Positions 32,662-46,090 of a stretch of DNA of 64,000 nucleotides are shown here, one piece after another. The notes under the pieces were generated by a model. The model worked only from the letters and a program-made list of their open reading frames with translations. It had not been told where the DNA came from and did no database searches. The stretch is from Yuukianura sp. NJ FZ-2021. Taxonomy: Eukaryota. The number at the start of each line of letters is the position of its first letter. Within the stretch, counting starts at the first letter, position 1. Location of the stretch: NCBI GenBank assembly GCA_046563655.1, contig CM102286.1, positions 8,494,001 to 8,558,000 on the forward strand. Direction: 5' to 3'. A program made the translations under genes and the position numbers.

Positions 32662-35600
32662 CTTTCACAAGCATAATTTCGGTTTGCAATTTTGACTCCT
32701 CAGATAGCCCAGAATGACTTTTTGGTGAGTTATAAATGAAAAAGAATGGATTTTTCGGAGAAAAATTTAGCTTGGAACACTTCAGATGGGCTTTCAGAAG
32801 CATAATTTCGGTTTGCAATTTTGACTCCTCAGATAGCCCAGAATGACTTTTTGGTGAGTTATAAATGAAAAAGAATGGATTTTTCGGAGAAAAAGTGAGT
32901 TTGGAACACTTCAGATGGGCTTTCAGAAGCATAATTTCGGTTTGCAATTTTGACTCCTCAGATAGCCCAGAATGACCTTTTGAAGAGTATTTAATGAAAA
33001 AAATGGATTTTTTGGTGAAAAATTGAGTCTGGAACACTTCAGATGGGCTTTCACAAGCATAATTTCGGTTTGCAATTTTGACTCCTCAGATAGCCCAGAA
33101 TGACTTTTTGGTGAGTTATAAATGAAAAAGAATGGATTTTTCGGAGAAAAATTTAGCTTGGAACACTTCAGATTGGCTTTCACAAGCATTATTTCGGTTT
33201 GCAATTTTGACTCCTCAGATAGCCCAGAATGACTTTTTGGTGAGTTATAAATGAAAAAGAATGGATTTTTCGGAGAAAAATTTAGCTTGGAACACTTCAG
33301 ATGGGCTTTCAGAAGCATAATTTCGGTTTGCAATTTTGACTCCTCAGATAGCCCAGAATGACTTTTTGGTGAGTTATAAATGAAAAAAAATGGATTTTTC
33401 GGAGAAAAATTTAGCTTGGAACACTTCAGATTTTCTTTCACAAGCATAATTTCGGTTTGCAATTTTGACTCCTCAGATAGCCCAGAATGACTTTTTGGTG
33501 AGTTATAAATGAAAAAGAATGGATTTTTCGGAGAAAAATTTAGTTTGGAACACTTCAGATGGGCTTTCAGAAGCATAATTTCGGTTTGCAATTTTGACTC
33601 CTCAGATAGCCCAGAATGACCTTTTGAAGAGTATTTAATGAAAAAAATGATTTTTTGGTGAAAAATTGAGTCTGGAACACTTCAGATGGGCTTTCACAAG
33701 CATAATTTCGGTTTGCAATTTTGACTCCTCAGATAGCCCAGAATGACTTTTTGGTGAGTTATAAATGAAAAAGAATGGATTTTTCGGAGAAAAAGTGAGT
33801 TTGGAACACTTCAGATGGGCTTTCAGAAGCATAATTTCGGTTTGCAATTTTGACTCCTCAGATAGCCCAGAATGACTTTTTGGTGAGTTATAAATGAAAA
33901 AGAATGGATTTTTCGGAGAAAAATTTAGCTTGGAACACTTCAGATTGGCTTTCACAAGCATAATTTTGGTTTGCAATTTTCACTCCTCAGATAGCCCAGA
34001 ATGACTTTTTGGTGAGTTATAAATGAAAAAGAATGGATTTTTCGGAGAAAAATTGAGCTTGGAACACTTCAGATGGGCTTTCACAAGCATAATTTCGGTT
34101 TGCAATTTTGACTCCTCAGATAGCCCAGAATGACCTTTTGGTGAGTTTTAAATGAAAAAAATGGATTTTTCGGAGAAAAATTGAGTTTGGAACACTTCAG
34201 ATGGGCTTTCACAAGCATAATTTCGGTTTGCAATTTTGACTCCTCAGATAGCCCAGAATGACTTTTTGGTGAGTTATAAATGAAAAAGAATGGATTTTTC
34301 GGAGAAAAATTTAGCTTGGAACACTTCAGATGGGCTTTCAGAAGCATAATTTCGGTTTGCAATTTTGACTCCTCAGATAGCCCAGAATGACTTTTTGGTG
34401 AGTTATAAATGAAAAAGAATGGATTTTTCGGAGAAAAAGTGAGTTTGGAACACTTCAGATGGGCTTTCAGAAGCATAATTTCGGTTTGCAATTTTGACTC
34501 CTCAGATAGCCCAGAATGACCTTTTGAAGAGTATTTAATGAAAAAAATGGATTTTTTGGTGAAAAATTGAGTCTGGAACACTTCAGATGGGCTTTCACAA
34601 GCATAATTTCGGTTTGCAATTTTGACTCCTCAGATAGCCCAGAATGACTTTTTGGTGAGTTATAAATGAAAAAGAATGGATTTTTCGGAGAAAAATTTAG
34701 CTTGGAACACTTCAGATGGGCTTTCAGAAGCATAATTTCGGTTTGCAATTTTGACTCCTCAGATAGCCCAGAATGACTTTTTGGTGAGTTTTAAATGAAA
34801 AAAATGGATTTTTCGGAGAAAAATTGAGCTTGGAACACTTCAGATGGGCTTTCACAAGCATAATTTCGGTTTGCAATTTTGACTCCTCAGATAGCCCAGA
34901 ATGACTTTTTGGTGAGTTTTAAATGAAAAAAATGGATTTTTCGGAGAAAAATTGAGCTTGGAACACTTCAGATGGGCTTTCACAAGCATAATTTCGGTTT
35001 GCAATTTTGACTCCTCAGATAGCCCAGAATGACTTTTTGGTGAGTTATAAATGAAAAAGAATGGATTTTTCGGAGAAAAATTTAGCTTGGAACACTTCAG
35101 ATTGGCTTTCACAAGCATAATTTCGGTTTGCAATTTTGACTCCTCAGATAGCCCAGAATGACTTTTTGGTGAGTTATAAATGAAAAAGAATGGATTTTTC
35201 GGAGAAAAATTTACCTTGGAACACTTCAGATGGCTTTCACAAGCATAATTTCGGTTTGCAATTTTGACTCCTCAGATAGCCCAGAATGACTTTTTGGTGA
35301 GTTATAAATGAAAAAGAATGGATTTTTCGGAGAAAAATTTAGCTTGGAACACTTCAGATTGGCTTTCACAAGCATTATTTCGGTTTGCAATTTTGACTCC
35401 TCAGATAGCCCAGAATGACTTTTTGGTGAGTTTTAAATGAAAAAAAATGGATTTTTCCGAGAAAAATTTAGCTTGGAACACTTCAGATTGGCTTTCACAA
35501 GCATAATTTCGGTTTGCAATTTTGACTCCTCAGATAGCCCAGAATGACTTTTGGTGAGTTTTAAATGAAAAAAAAATGGATTTTTCCGAGAAAAATTTAG

Positions 35601-38600
35601 CTTGGAACACTTCAGATTGGCTTTCACAAGCATAATTTCGGTTTGCAATTTTGACTCCTCAGATAGCCCAGAATGACTTTTTGGTGAGTTTTAAATGAAA
35701 AAAAAATGGATTTTTCGGAGAAAAATTTAGCTTGGAACACTTCAGATTGGCTTTCACAAGCATAATTTTGGTTTGCAATTTTGACTCCTCAGATAGCCCA
35801 GAATGACTTTTTGGTGAGTTATAAATGAAAAAGAATGGATTTTTCGGAGAAAAATTGAGCTTGGAACACTTCAGATGGGCTTTCACAAGCATAATTTCGG
35901 TTTGCAATTTTGACTCCTCAGATAGCCCAGAATGACTTTTTGGTGAGTTTTAAATGAAAAAAAATGGATTTTTCGGAGAAAAAGTGAGTTTGGAACACTT
36001 CAGATGGGCTTTCACAAGCATAATTTCGGTTTGCAATTTTGACTCCTCAGATAGCCCAGAATGACTTTTTGGTGAGTTATAAATGAAAAAGAATGGATTT
36101 TTCGGAGAAAAATTTAGCTTGGAACACTTCAGATGGGCTTTCAGAAGCATAATTTCGGTTTGCAATTTTGACTCCTCAGATAGCCCAGAATGACTTTTTG
36201 GTGAGTTATAAATGAAAAAGAATGGATTTTTCGGAGAAAAATTTAGTTTGGAACACTTCAGATGGGCTTTCAGAAGCATAATTTCGGTTTGCAATTTTGA
36301 CTCCTCAGATAGCCCAGAATGACCTTTTGAAGAGTATTTAATGAAAAAAATGATTTTTTGGTGAAAAATTGAGTCTGGAACACTTCAGATGGGCTTTCAC
36401 AAGCATAATTTCGGTTTGCAATTTTGACTCCTCAGATAGCCCAGAATGACTTTTTGGTGAGTTATAAATGAAAAAGAATGGATTTTTCGGAGAAAAATTT
36501 AGCTTGGAACACTTCAGATGGGCTTTCAGAAGCATAATTTCGGTTTGCAATTTTGACTCCTCAGATAGCCCAGAATGACTTTTTGGTGAGTTTTAAATGA
36601 AAAAAATGGATTTTTCGGAGAAAAATTGAGCTTGGAACACTTCAGATGGGCTTTCACAAGCATAATTTCGGTTTGCAATTTTGACTCCTCAGATAGCCCA
36701 GAATGACTTTTTGGTGAGTTTTAAATGAAAAAAATGGATTTTTCGGAGAAAAATTGAGCTTGGAACACTTCAGATGGGCTTTCACAAGCATAATTTCGGT
36801 TTGCAATTTTGACTCCTCAGATAGCCCAGAATGACTTTTTGGTGAGTTATAAATGAAAAAGAATGGATTTTTCGGAGAAAAATTTAGCTTGGAACACTTC
36901 AGATTGGCTTTCACAAGCATAATTTCGGTTTGCAATTTTGACTCCTCAGATAGCCCAGAATGACTTTTTGGTGAGTTATAAATGAAAAAGAATGGATTTT
37001 TCGGAGAAAAATTTACCTTGGAACACTTCAGATGGGCTTTCAGAAGCATAATTTCGGTTTGCAATTTTGACTCCTCAGATAGCCCAGAATGACCTTTTGG
37101 TGAGTTTTAAATGAAAAAAAATGGATTTTTCGGAGAAAAAGTGAGTTTGGAACACTTCAGATGGGCTTTCACAAGCATAATTTCGGTTTGCAATTTTGAC
37201 TCCTCAGATAGCCCAGAATGACTTTTTGGTGAGTTATAAATGAAAAAGAATGGATTTTTCGGAGAAAAAGTGAGTTTGGAACACTTCAGATGGGCTTTCA
37301 GAAGCATAATTTCGGTTTGCAATTTTGACTCCTCAGATAGCCCAGAATGACTTTTTGGTGAGTTATAAATGAAAAAGAATGGATTTTTCGGAGAAAAATT
37401 TAGCTTGGAACACTTCAGATGGGCTTTCACAAGCATAATTTCGGTTTGCAATTTTGACTCCTCAGATAGCCCAGAATGACTTTTTGGTGAGTTATAAATG
37501 AAAAAGAATGGATTTTTCGGAGAAAAATTTAGCTTGGAACACTTCAGATTGGCTTTCACAAGCATTATTTCGGTTTGCAATTTTGACTCCTCAGATAGCC
37601 CAGAATGACTTTTTGGTGAGTTTTAAATGAAAAAAAATGGATTTTTCAGAGAAAAATTTAGCTTGGAACACTTCAGATTGGCTTTCACAAGCATAATTTT
37701 GGTTTGCAATTTTCACTCCTCAGATAGCCCAGAATGACTTTTTGGTGAGTTTTAAATGAAAAAAAAATGGATTTTTCGGAGAAAAATTGAGCTTGGAACA
37801 CTTCAGATGGGCTTTCACAAGCATAATTTCGGTTTGCAATTTTGACTCCTCAGATAGCCCAGAATGACTTTTTGGTGAGTTATAAATGAAAAAGAATGGA
37901 TTTTTCGGAGAAAAATTGAGCTTGGAACACTTCAGATGGGCTTTCACAAGCATAATTTCGGTTTGCAATTTTGACTCCTCAGATAGCCCAGAATGACTTT
38001 TTGGTGAGTTTTAAATGAAAAAAATGGATTTTTCGGAGAAAAATTGAGCTTGGAACACTTCAGATGGGCTTTCACAAGCATAATTTCGGTTTGCAATTTT
38101 GACTCCTCAGATAGCCCAGAATGACTTTTTGGTGAGTTTTAAATGAAAAAAATGGATTTTTCGGAGAAAAATTGAGCTTGGAACACTTCAGATGGGCTTT
38201 CACAAGCATAATTTCGGTTTGCAATTTTGACTCCTCAGATAGCCCAGAATGACTTTTTGGTGAGTTATAAATGAAAAAGAATGGATTTTTCGGAGAAAAA
38301 TTTAGCTTGGAACACTTCAGATTGGCTTTCACAAGCATAATTTCGGTTTGCAATTTTGACTCCTCAGATAGCCCAGAATGACTTTTTGGTGAGTTATAAA
38401 TGAAAAAGAATGGATTTTTCGGAGAAAAATTTACCTTGGAACACTTCAGATGGGCTTTCAGAAGCATAATTTCGGTTTGCAATTTTGACTCCTCAGATAG
38501 CCCAGAATGACCTTTTGGTGAGTTTTAAATGAAAAAAAATGGATTTTTCGGAGAAAAATTGAGTTTGGAACACTTCAGATGGGCTTTCACAAGCATAATT

Positions 38601-41600
38601 TCGGTTTGCAATTTTGACTCCTCAGATAGCCCAGAATGACTTTTTGGTGAGTTATAAATGAAAAAGAATGGATTTTTCGGAGAAAAAGTGAGTTTGGAAC
38701 ACTTCAGATGGGCTTTCAGAAGCATAATTTCGGTTTGCAATTTTGACTCCTCAGATAGCCCAGAATGACTTTTTGGTGAGTTATAAATGAAAAAGAATGG
38801 ATTTTTCGGAGAAAAATTTAGCTTGGAACACTTCAGATGGGCTTTCACAAGCATAATTTTGGTTTGCAATTTTGACTCCTCAGATAGCCCAGAATGACTT
38901 TTTGGTGAGTTATAAATGAAAAAGAATGGATTTTTCGGAGAAAAATTTAGCTTGGAACACTTCAGATTGGCTTTCACAAGCATTATTTCGGTTTGCAATT
39001 TTGACTCCTCAGATAGCCCAGAATGACTTTTTGGTGAGTTTTAAATGAAAAAAAAATGGATTTTTCCGAGAAAAATTTAGCTTGGAACACTTCAGATTGG
39101 CTTTCACAAGCATAATTTCGGTTTGCAATTTTGACTCCTCAGATAGCCCTGAATGACTTTTTGGTGAGTTTTAAATGAAAAAAAAATGGATTTTTCGGAG
39201 AAAAATTGAGCTTGGAACACTTCAGATGGGCTTTCACAAGCATAATTTCGGTTTGCAATTTTGACTCCTCAGATAGCCCAGAATGACTTTTTGGTGAGTT
39301 ATAAATGAAAAAGAATGGATTTTTCGGAGAAAAATTGAGCTTGGAACACTTCAGATGGGCTTTCACAAGCATAATTTCGGTTTGCAATTTTGACTCCTCA
39401 GATAGCCCAGAATGACTTTTTGGTGAGTTTTAAATGAAAAAAATGGATTTTTCGGAGAAAAATTGAGCTTGGAACACTTCAGATGGGCTTTCACAAGCAT
39501 AATTTCGGTTTGCAATTTTGACTCCTCAGATAGCCCAGAATGACTTTTTGGTGAGTTTTAAATGAAAAAAATGGATTTTTCGGAGAAAAATTGAGCTTGG
39601 AACACTTCAGATGGGCTTTCACAAGCATAATTTCGGTTTGCAATTTTGACTCCTCAGATAGCCCAGAATGACTTTTTGGTGAGTTATAAATGAAAAAGAA
39701 TGGATTTTTCGGAGAAAAATTTAGCTTGGAACACTTCAGATTGGCTTTCACAAGCACTATTTCGGTTTGCAATTTTGACTCCTCAGATAGCCCAGAATGA
39801 CTTTTTGGTGAGTTATAAATGAAAAAGAATGGATTTTTCGGAGAAAAATTTACCTTGGAACACTTCAGATGGGCTTTCAGAAGCATAATTTCGGTTTGCA
39901 ATTTTGACTCCTCAGATAGCCCAGAATGACCTTTTGGTGAGTTTTAAATGAAAAAAAATGGATTTTTCGGAGAAAAAGTGAGTTTGGAACACTTCAGATG
40001 GGCTTTCACAAGCATAATTTCGGTTTGCAATTTTGACTCCTCAGATAGCCCAGAATGACTTTTTGGTGAGTTATAAATGAAAAAGAATGGATTTTTCGGA
40101 GAAAAATTGAGTTTGGAACACTTCAGATGGGCTTTCAGAAGCATAATTTCGGTTTGCAATTTTGACTCCTCAGATAGCCCAGAATGACTTTTTGGTGAGT
40201 TATAAATGAAAAAGAATGGATTTTTCGGAGAAAAATTTAGCTTGGAACACTTCAGATTGGCTTTCACAAGCATAATTTTGGTTTGCAATTTTCACTCCTC
40301 AGATAGCCCAGAATGACTTTTTGGTGAGTTATAAATGAAAAAGAATGGATTTTTCGGAGAAAAATTTAGCTTGGAACACTTCAGATTGGCTTTCACAAGC
40401 ATTATTTCGGTTTGCAATTTTGACTCCTCAGATAGCCCAGAATGACTTTTTGGTGAGTTTTAAATGAAAAAAAATGGATTTTTCGGAGAAAAATTGAGCT
40501 TGGAACACTTCAGATGGGCTTTCACAAGCATAATTTCGGTTTGCAATTTTGACTCCTCAGATAGCCCAGAATGACTTTTTGGTGAGTTTTAAATGAAAAA
40601 AATGGATTTTTCGGAGAAAAATTGAGCTTGGAACACTTCAGATGGGCTTTCACAAGCATAATTTCGGTTTGCAATTTTGACTCCTCAGATAGCCCAGAAT
40701 GACTTTTTGGTGAGTTTTAAATGAAAAAAATGGATTTTTCGGAGAAAAATTGAGCTTGGAACACTTCAGATGGGCTTTCACAAGCATAATTTCGGTTTGC
40801 AATTTTGACTCCTCAGATAGCCCAGAATGACTTTTTGGTGAGTTATAAATGAAAAAGAATGGATTTTTCGGAGAAAAATTGAGCTTGGAACACTTCAGAT
40901 GGGCTTTCACAAGCATAATTTCGGTTTGCAATTTTGACTCCTCAGATAGCCCAGAATGACTTTTTGGTGAGTTTTAAATGAAAAAAATGGATTTTTCGGA
41001 GAAAAATTGAGCTTGGAACACTTCAGATGGGCTTTCACAAGCATAATTTCGGTTTGCAATTTTGACTCCTCAGATAGCCCAGAATGACTTTTTGGTGAGT
41101 TTTAAATGAAAAAAATGGATTTTTCGGAGAAAAATTGAGCTTGGAACACTTCAGATGGGCTTTCACAAGCATAATTTCGGTTTGCAATTTTGACTACTCA
41201 GATAGCCCAGAATGACTTTTTGGTGAGTTATAAATGAAAAAGAATGGATTTTTCGGAGAAAAATTTAGCTTGGAACACTTCAGATTGGCTTTCACAAGCA
41301 TTTTTTCGGTTTGCAATTTTGACTCCTCAGATAGCCCAGAATGACTTTTTGGTGAGTTATAAATGAAAAAGAATGGATTTTTCGGAGAAAAATTTACCTT
41401 GGAACACTTCAGATGGGCTTTCAGAAGCATAATTTCGGTTTGCAATTTTGACTCCTCAGATAGCCCAGAATGACCTTTTGGTGAGTTTTAAATGAAAAAA
41501 AATGGATTTTTCGGAGAAAAATTGAGTTTGGAACACTTCAGATGGCTTTCACAAGCATAATTTCGGTTTGCAATTTTGACTCCTCAGATAGCCCAGAATG

Positions 41601-44600
41601 ACTTTTTGGTGAGTTATAAATGAAAAAGAATGGATTTTTCGGAGAAAAATTGAGTTTGGAACACTTCAGATGGGCTTTCAGAAGCATAATTTCGGTTTGC
41701 AATTTTGACTCCTCAGATAGCCCAGAATGACTTTTTGGTGAGTTATAAATGAAAAAGAATGGATTTCTCGGAGAAAAATTTAGCTTGGAACACTTCAGAT
41801 TGGCTTTCACAAGCATAATTTTGGTTTGCAATTTTCACTCCTCAGATAGCCCAGAATGACTTTTTGGTGAGTTATAAATGAAAAAGAATGGATTTTTCGG
41901 AGAAAAATTTAGCTTGGAACACTTCAGATTGACTTTCACAAGCATAATTTCGGTTTGCAATTTTGACTCATCAGATAGCCCAGAATGACTTTTTGGTGAG
42001 TTTTAAATGAAAAAAAAATGGATTTCACGCAGAAAATTGAGCTTGGAACACTTCAGATTGGCTTTCACAAGCATAATTTCGGTTTGCAATTTTGACTCCT
42101 CAGATAGCCCAGAATGACTTTTTGGTGAGTTTTAAATGAAAAAAAATGGATTTTTCGGAGAAAAATTGAGCTTGGAACACTTCAGATGGGCTTTCACAAG
42201 CATAATTTCGGTTTGCAATTTTGACTCCTCAGATAGCCCAGAATGACTTTTTGGTGAGTTATAAATGAAAAAGAATGGATTTTTCGGAGAAAAATTGAGC
42301 TTGGAACACTTCAGATGGGCTTTCACAAGCATAATTTCGGTTTGCAATTTTGACTCCTCAGATAGCCCAGAATGACTTTTTGGTGAGTTTTAAATGAAAA
42401 AAATGGATTTTTCGGAGAAAAATTGAGCTTGGAACACTTCAGATGGGCTTTCACAAGCATAATTTCGGTTTGCAATTTTGACTCCTCAGATAGCCCAGAA
42501 TGACTTTTTGGTGAGTTTTAAATGAAAAAAATGGATTTTTCGGAGAAAAATTGAGCTTGGAACACTTCAGATGGGCTTTCACAAGCATAATTTCGGTTTG
42601 CAATTTTGACTCCTCAGATAGCCCAGAATGACTTTTTGGTGAGTTATAAATGAAAAAGAATGGATTTTTCGGAGAAAAATTTAGCTTGGAACACTTCAGA
42701 TTGGCTTTCACAAGCATAATTTCGGTTTGCAATTTTGACTCCTCAGATAGCCCAGAATGACTTTTTGGTGAGTTATAAATGAAAAAGAATGGATTTTTCG
42801 GAGAAAAATTTACCTTGGAACACTTCAGATGGGCTTTCAGAAGCATAATTTCGGTTTGCAATTTTGACTCCTCAGATAGCCCAGAATGACCTTTTGGTGA
42901 GTTTTAAATGAAAAAAAATGGATTTTTCGGAGAAAAAGTGAGTTTGGAACACTTCAGATGGGCTTTCAGAAGCATAATTTCGGTTTGCAATTTTGACTCC
43001 TCAGATAGCCCAGAATGACCTTTTGAAGAGTATTTAATGAAAAAAATGATTTTTTGGTGAAAAATTGAGTCTGGAACACTTCAGATGGGCTTTCACAAGC
43101 ATAATTTCGGTTTGCAATTTTGACTCCTCAGATAGCCCAGAATGACTTTTTGGTGAGTTATAAATGAAAAAGAATGGATTTTTCGGAGAAAAAGTGAGTT
43201 TGGAACACTTCAGATGGGCTTTCAGAAGCATAATTTCGGTTTGCAATTTTGACTCCTCAGATAGCCCAGAATGACTTTTTGGTGAGTTATAAATGAAAAA
43301 GAATGGATTTTTCGGAGAAAAATTTAGCTTGGAACACTTCAGATTGGCTTTCACAAGCATAATTTCGGTTTGCAATTTTGACTCCTCAGATAGCCCAGAA
43401 TGACTTTTTGGTGAGTTATAAATGAAAAAGAATGGATTTTTCGGAGAAAAATTTAGCTTGGAACACTTCAGATTGGCTTTCACAAGCATTATTTCGGTTT
43501 GCAATTTTGACTCCTCAGATAGCCCAGAATGACTTTTTGGTGAGTTTTAAATGAAAAAAAAATGGATTTTTCAGAGAAAAATTTAGCTTGGAACACTTCA
43601 GATTGGCTTTCACAAGCATAATTTTGGTTTGCAATTTTCACTCCTCAGATAGCCCTGAATGACTTTTTTGTGAGTTTTAAATGAAAAAAAAATGGATTTT
43701 TCGGAGAAAAATTTGAGCTTGGAACACTTCAGATTGGGCTTTCACAAGCATAATTTCGGTTTGCAATTTTGACTCCTCAGATAGCCCAGAATGACTTTTT
43801 GGTGAGTTATAAATGAAAAAGAATGGATTTTTCGGAGAAAAAGTGAGTTTGGAACACTTCAGATGGGCTTTCAGAAGCATAATTTCGGTTTGCAATTTTG
43901 ACTCCTCAGATAGCCCAGAATGACCTTTTGAAGAGTATTTAATGAAAAAAATGATTTTTTGGTGAAAAATTGAGTCTGGAACACTTCAGATGGGCTTTCA
44001 CAAGCATAATTTCGGTTTGCAATTTTGACTCCTCAGATAGCCCAGAATGACTTTTTGGTGAGTTTTAAATGAAAAAAATGTATTTTTCGGAGAAAAATTG
44101 AGCTTGGAACACTTCAGATGGGCTTTCACAAGCATAATTTCGGTTTGCAATTTTGACTCCTCAGATAGCCCAGAATGACTTTTTGGTGAGTTTTAAATGA
44201 AAAAAATGGATTTTTCGGAGAAAAATTGAGCTTGGAACACTTCAGATGGGCTTTCACAAGCATAATTTCGGTTTGCAATTTTGACTCCTCAGATAGCCCA
44301 GAATGACTTTTTGGTGAGTTATAAATGAAAAAGAATGGATTTTTCGGAGAAAAATTTAGCTTGGAACACTTCAGATTGGCTTTCACAAGCATTTTTTCGG
44401 TTTGCAATTTTGACTCCTCAGATAGCCCAGAATGACTTTTTGGTGAGTTATAAATGAAAAAGAATGGATTTTTCGGAGAAAAATTTACCTTGGAACACTT
44501 CAGATGGGCTTTCAGAAGCATAATTTCGGTTTGCAATTTTGACTCCTCAGATAGCCCAGAATGACCTTTTGGTGAGTTTTAAATGAAAAAAAATGGATTT

Positions 44601-45154
44601 TTCGGAGAAAAAGTGAGTTTGGAACACTTCAGATGGGCTTTCAGAAGCATAATTTCGGTTTGCAATTTTGACTCCTCAGATAGCCCAGAATGACCTTTTG
44701 AAGAGTATTTAATGAAAAAAATGATTTTTTGGTGAAAGATTGAGTCTGGAACACTTCAGATGGGCTTTCACAAGCAGATTGACGGTTTACAATTTTGACT
44801 CCTCAGATAAGCCCAGAATGACTTTTTGGTGAGTTTTAAATGAAAAAAGAATGGATTTTTTCGAGAAAATTTGGTTTGGAACACTTCATATGGGCTTTCA
44901 GAAGCATAATTTCGGTTTGCAATTTCGACTCCCTCAGATAGCCCAGAATGACTTTTTCGGAGAGTTTTGACTCCTCAGATAGCCCAAAAAAATGGATTTT
45001 TTGGTGAGTTATAAATTGAGCTTGGAACACTTCAGACGGGCTTTCGGACAAGCATAATTTCGGTTTGCAATTTTGACTCCTCAGATAGCCCAGAATGACT
45101 TTTTGGTGAGTTATAAATGAAAAAGAATGGATTTTTCGGAGAAAAAGTGAGTTT
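32662..45154. repeat. 129-bp tandem satellite, block 4 (about 11-monomer higher-order repeat in 36.6-43 kb; scrambled near the contig end)
   Basis: Same monomer family; the tttaccttgg variant recurs at ~1418-bp spacing. Confidence 0.97.
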
Positions 45155-45254
45155 NNNNNNNNNNNNNNNNNNNNNNNNNNNNNNNNNNNNNNNNNNNNNN
45201 NNNNNNNNNNNNNNNNNNNNNNNNNNNNNNNNNNNNNNNNNNNNNNNNNNNNNN
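45155..45254. other. Assembly gap (100 N)
   Basis: Run of exactly 100 N, a conventional placeholder for a gap of unknown size. Confidence 0.99.
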
Positions 45255-45870
45255 GCAATACTAATAAGACTTGTTATGGTTACATAAATACTTTGAAAGC
45301 AATAGGTGAAGGGTCAAGGTCACTTAAAGAAAAGTTGTTTCGCTCATTCAGTTTAGTGAATAACTTTGGTAGAGGTGATTTTTCATTGCCGTCAAGAAAC
45401 TATTTGCTCGTGACATTCGAGCCGGAAGTAAGGGTAGGTTAGGTTCCGGACAAACCGGAAACCTCCAGCCTATATGAGATTGATCAGTGTAACGAATCCA
45501 AAATTCGTACATAGGCTTGGAGTTACGCGTTTAGTGCAACCCACGCGATTCGTCGGCTTGTGAGAACCTTCGAAAACCCTAACTGAGAGATCGAGGTCAC
45601 TTTTAAGACAGTTGTTTGTCTCAACGTGACAAACAACTTGTGCATTTTTTGATTGTCTTAAAAAAGCATGTCACCTCCACATTTGATCTGGAAGTAGTTC
45701 ACTTCCAGTCAAAGCATTTAATCCATTACAGACCATGAGGTCTGCGAAGACAGATTGGAAATGTACCCAGCATTTTCAGAGTTATTCTGACTAGCAGACT
45801 AACAATGGGGCGGACGGCCAGACAGACAAACAAACACATAAAGTAGCAAACTACATTTGCTACTTAAGAA
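45255..45870. mobile_element. Probable non-autonomous Helitron/Helentron-like element remnant
   Basis: CAGA/CAAA microsatellite (~45819-45836) followed by a perfect 10-bp hairpin aagtagcaaa-ctaca-tttgctactt (45841-45865); ggtcaaggtca motif shared with the intronic element at 52.4-53.1 kb; left boundary unknown. Confidence 0.4.
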
Positions 45871-46090
45871 AAAGTTCCAAAAATATTCCGTCCCATAGAA
45901 ATCCGTTAAGAATTTTTTCCAAAACCTTTTCTAAAAATAAACATTTGAACATAAAGTTCATGTCGAATTGCTTTTCTACACAATTCAGAAACACAGAACG
46001 CTATCCAGATATTTAAAATAAATTCATTTCCGTTTTCCAAATTTCGAATTTTTTTGCGGACTTTTTTTTCCTGTTTTAGGTAATACTCAC

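Noticed and set aside
439..44536. Dozens of minus-strand ORFs with a 43-aa repeat (MQTEIMLLKAHLKCSK...)
   Set aside because: 129 bp is 43 codons and one frame happens to lack stops; frequent 128/130-bp monomers break the frame, so there is no sign of coding constraint.
1..45154. CRISPR-like array next to a reverse transcriptase
   Set aside because: No unique spacers and no cas genes; the repeats are contiguous satellite monomers and the RT is a eukaryotic APE-type LINE.
44836..45258. 140-aa ORF spanning the N run
   Set aside because: Artefact of translating Ns and degraded satellite.
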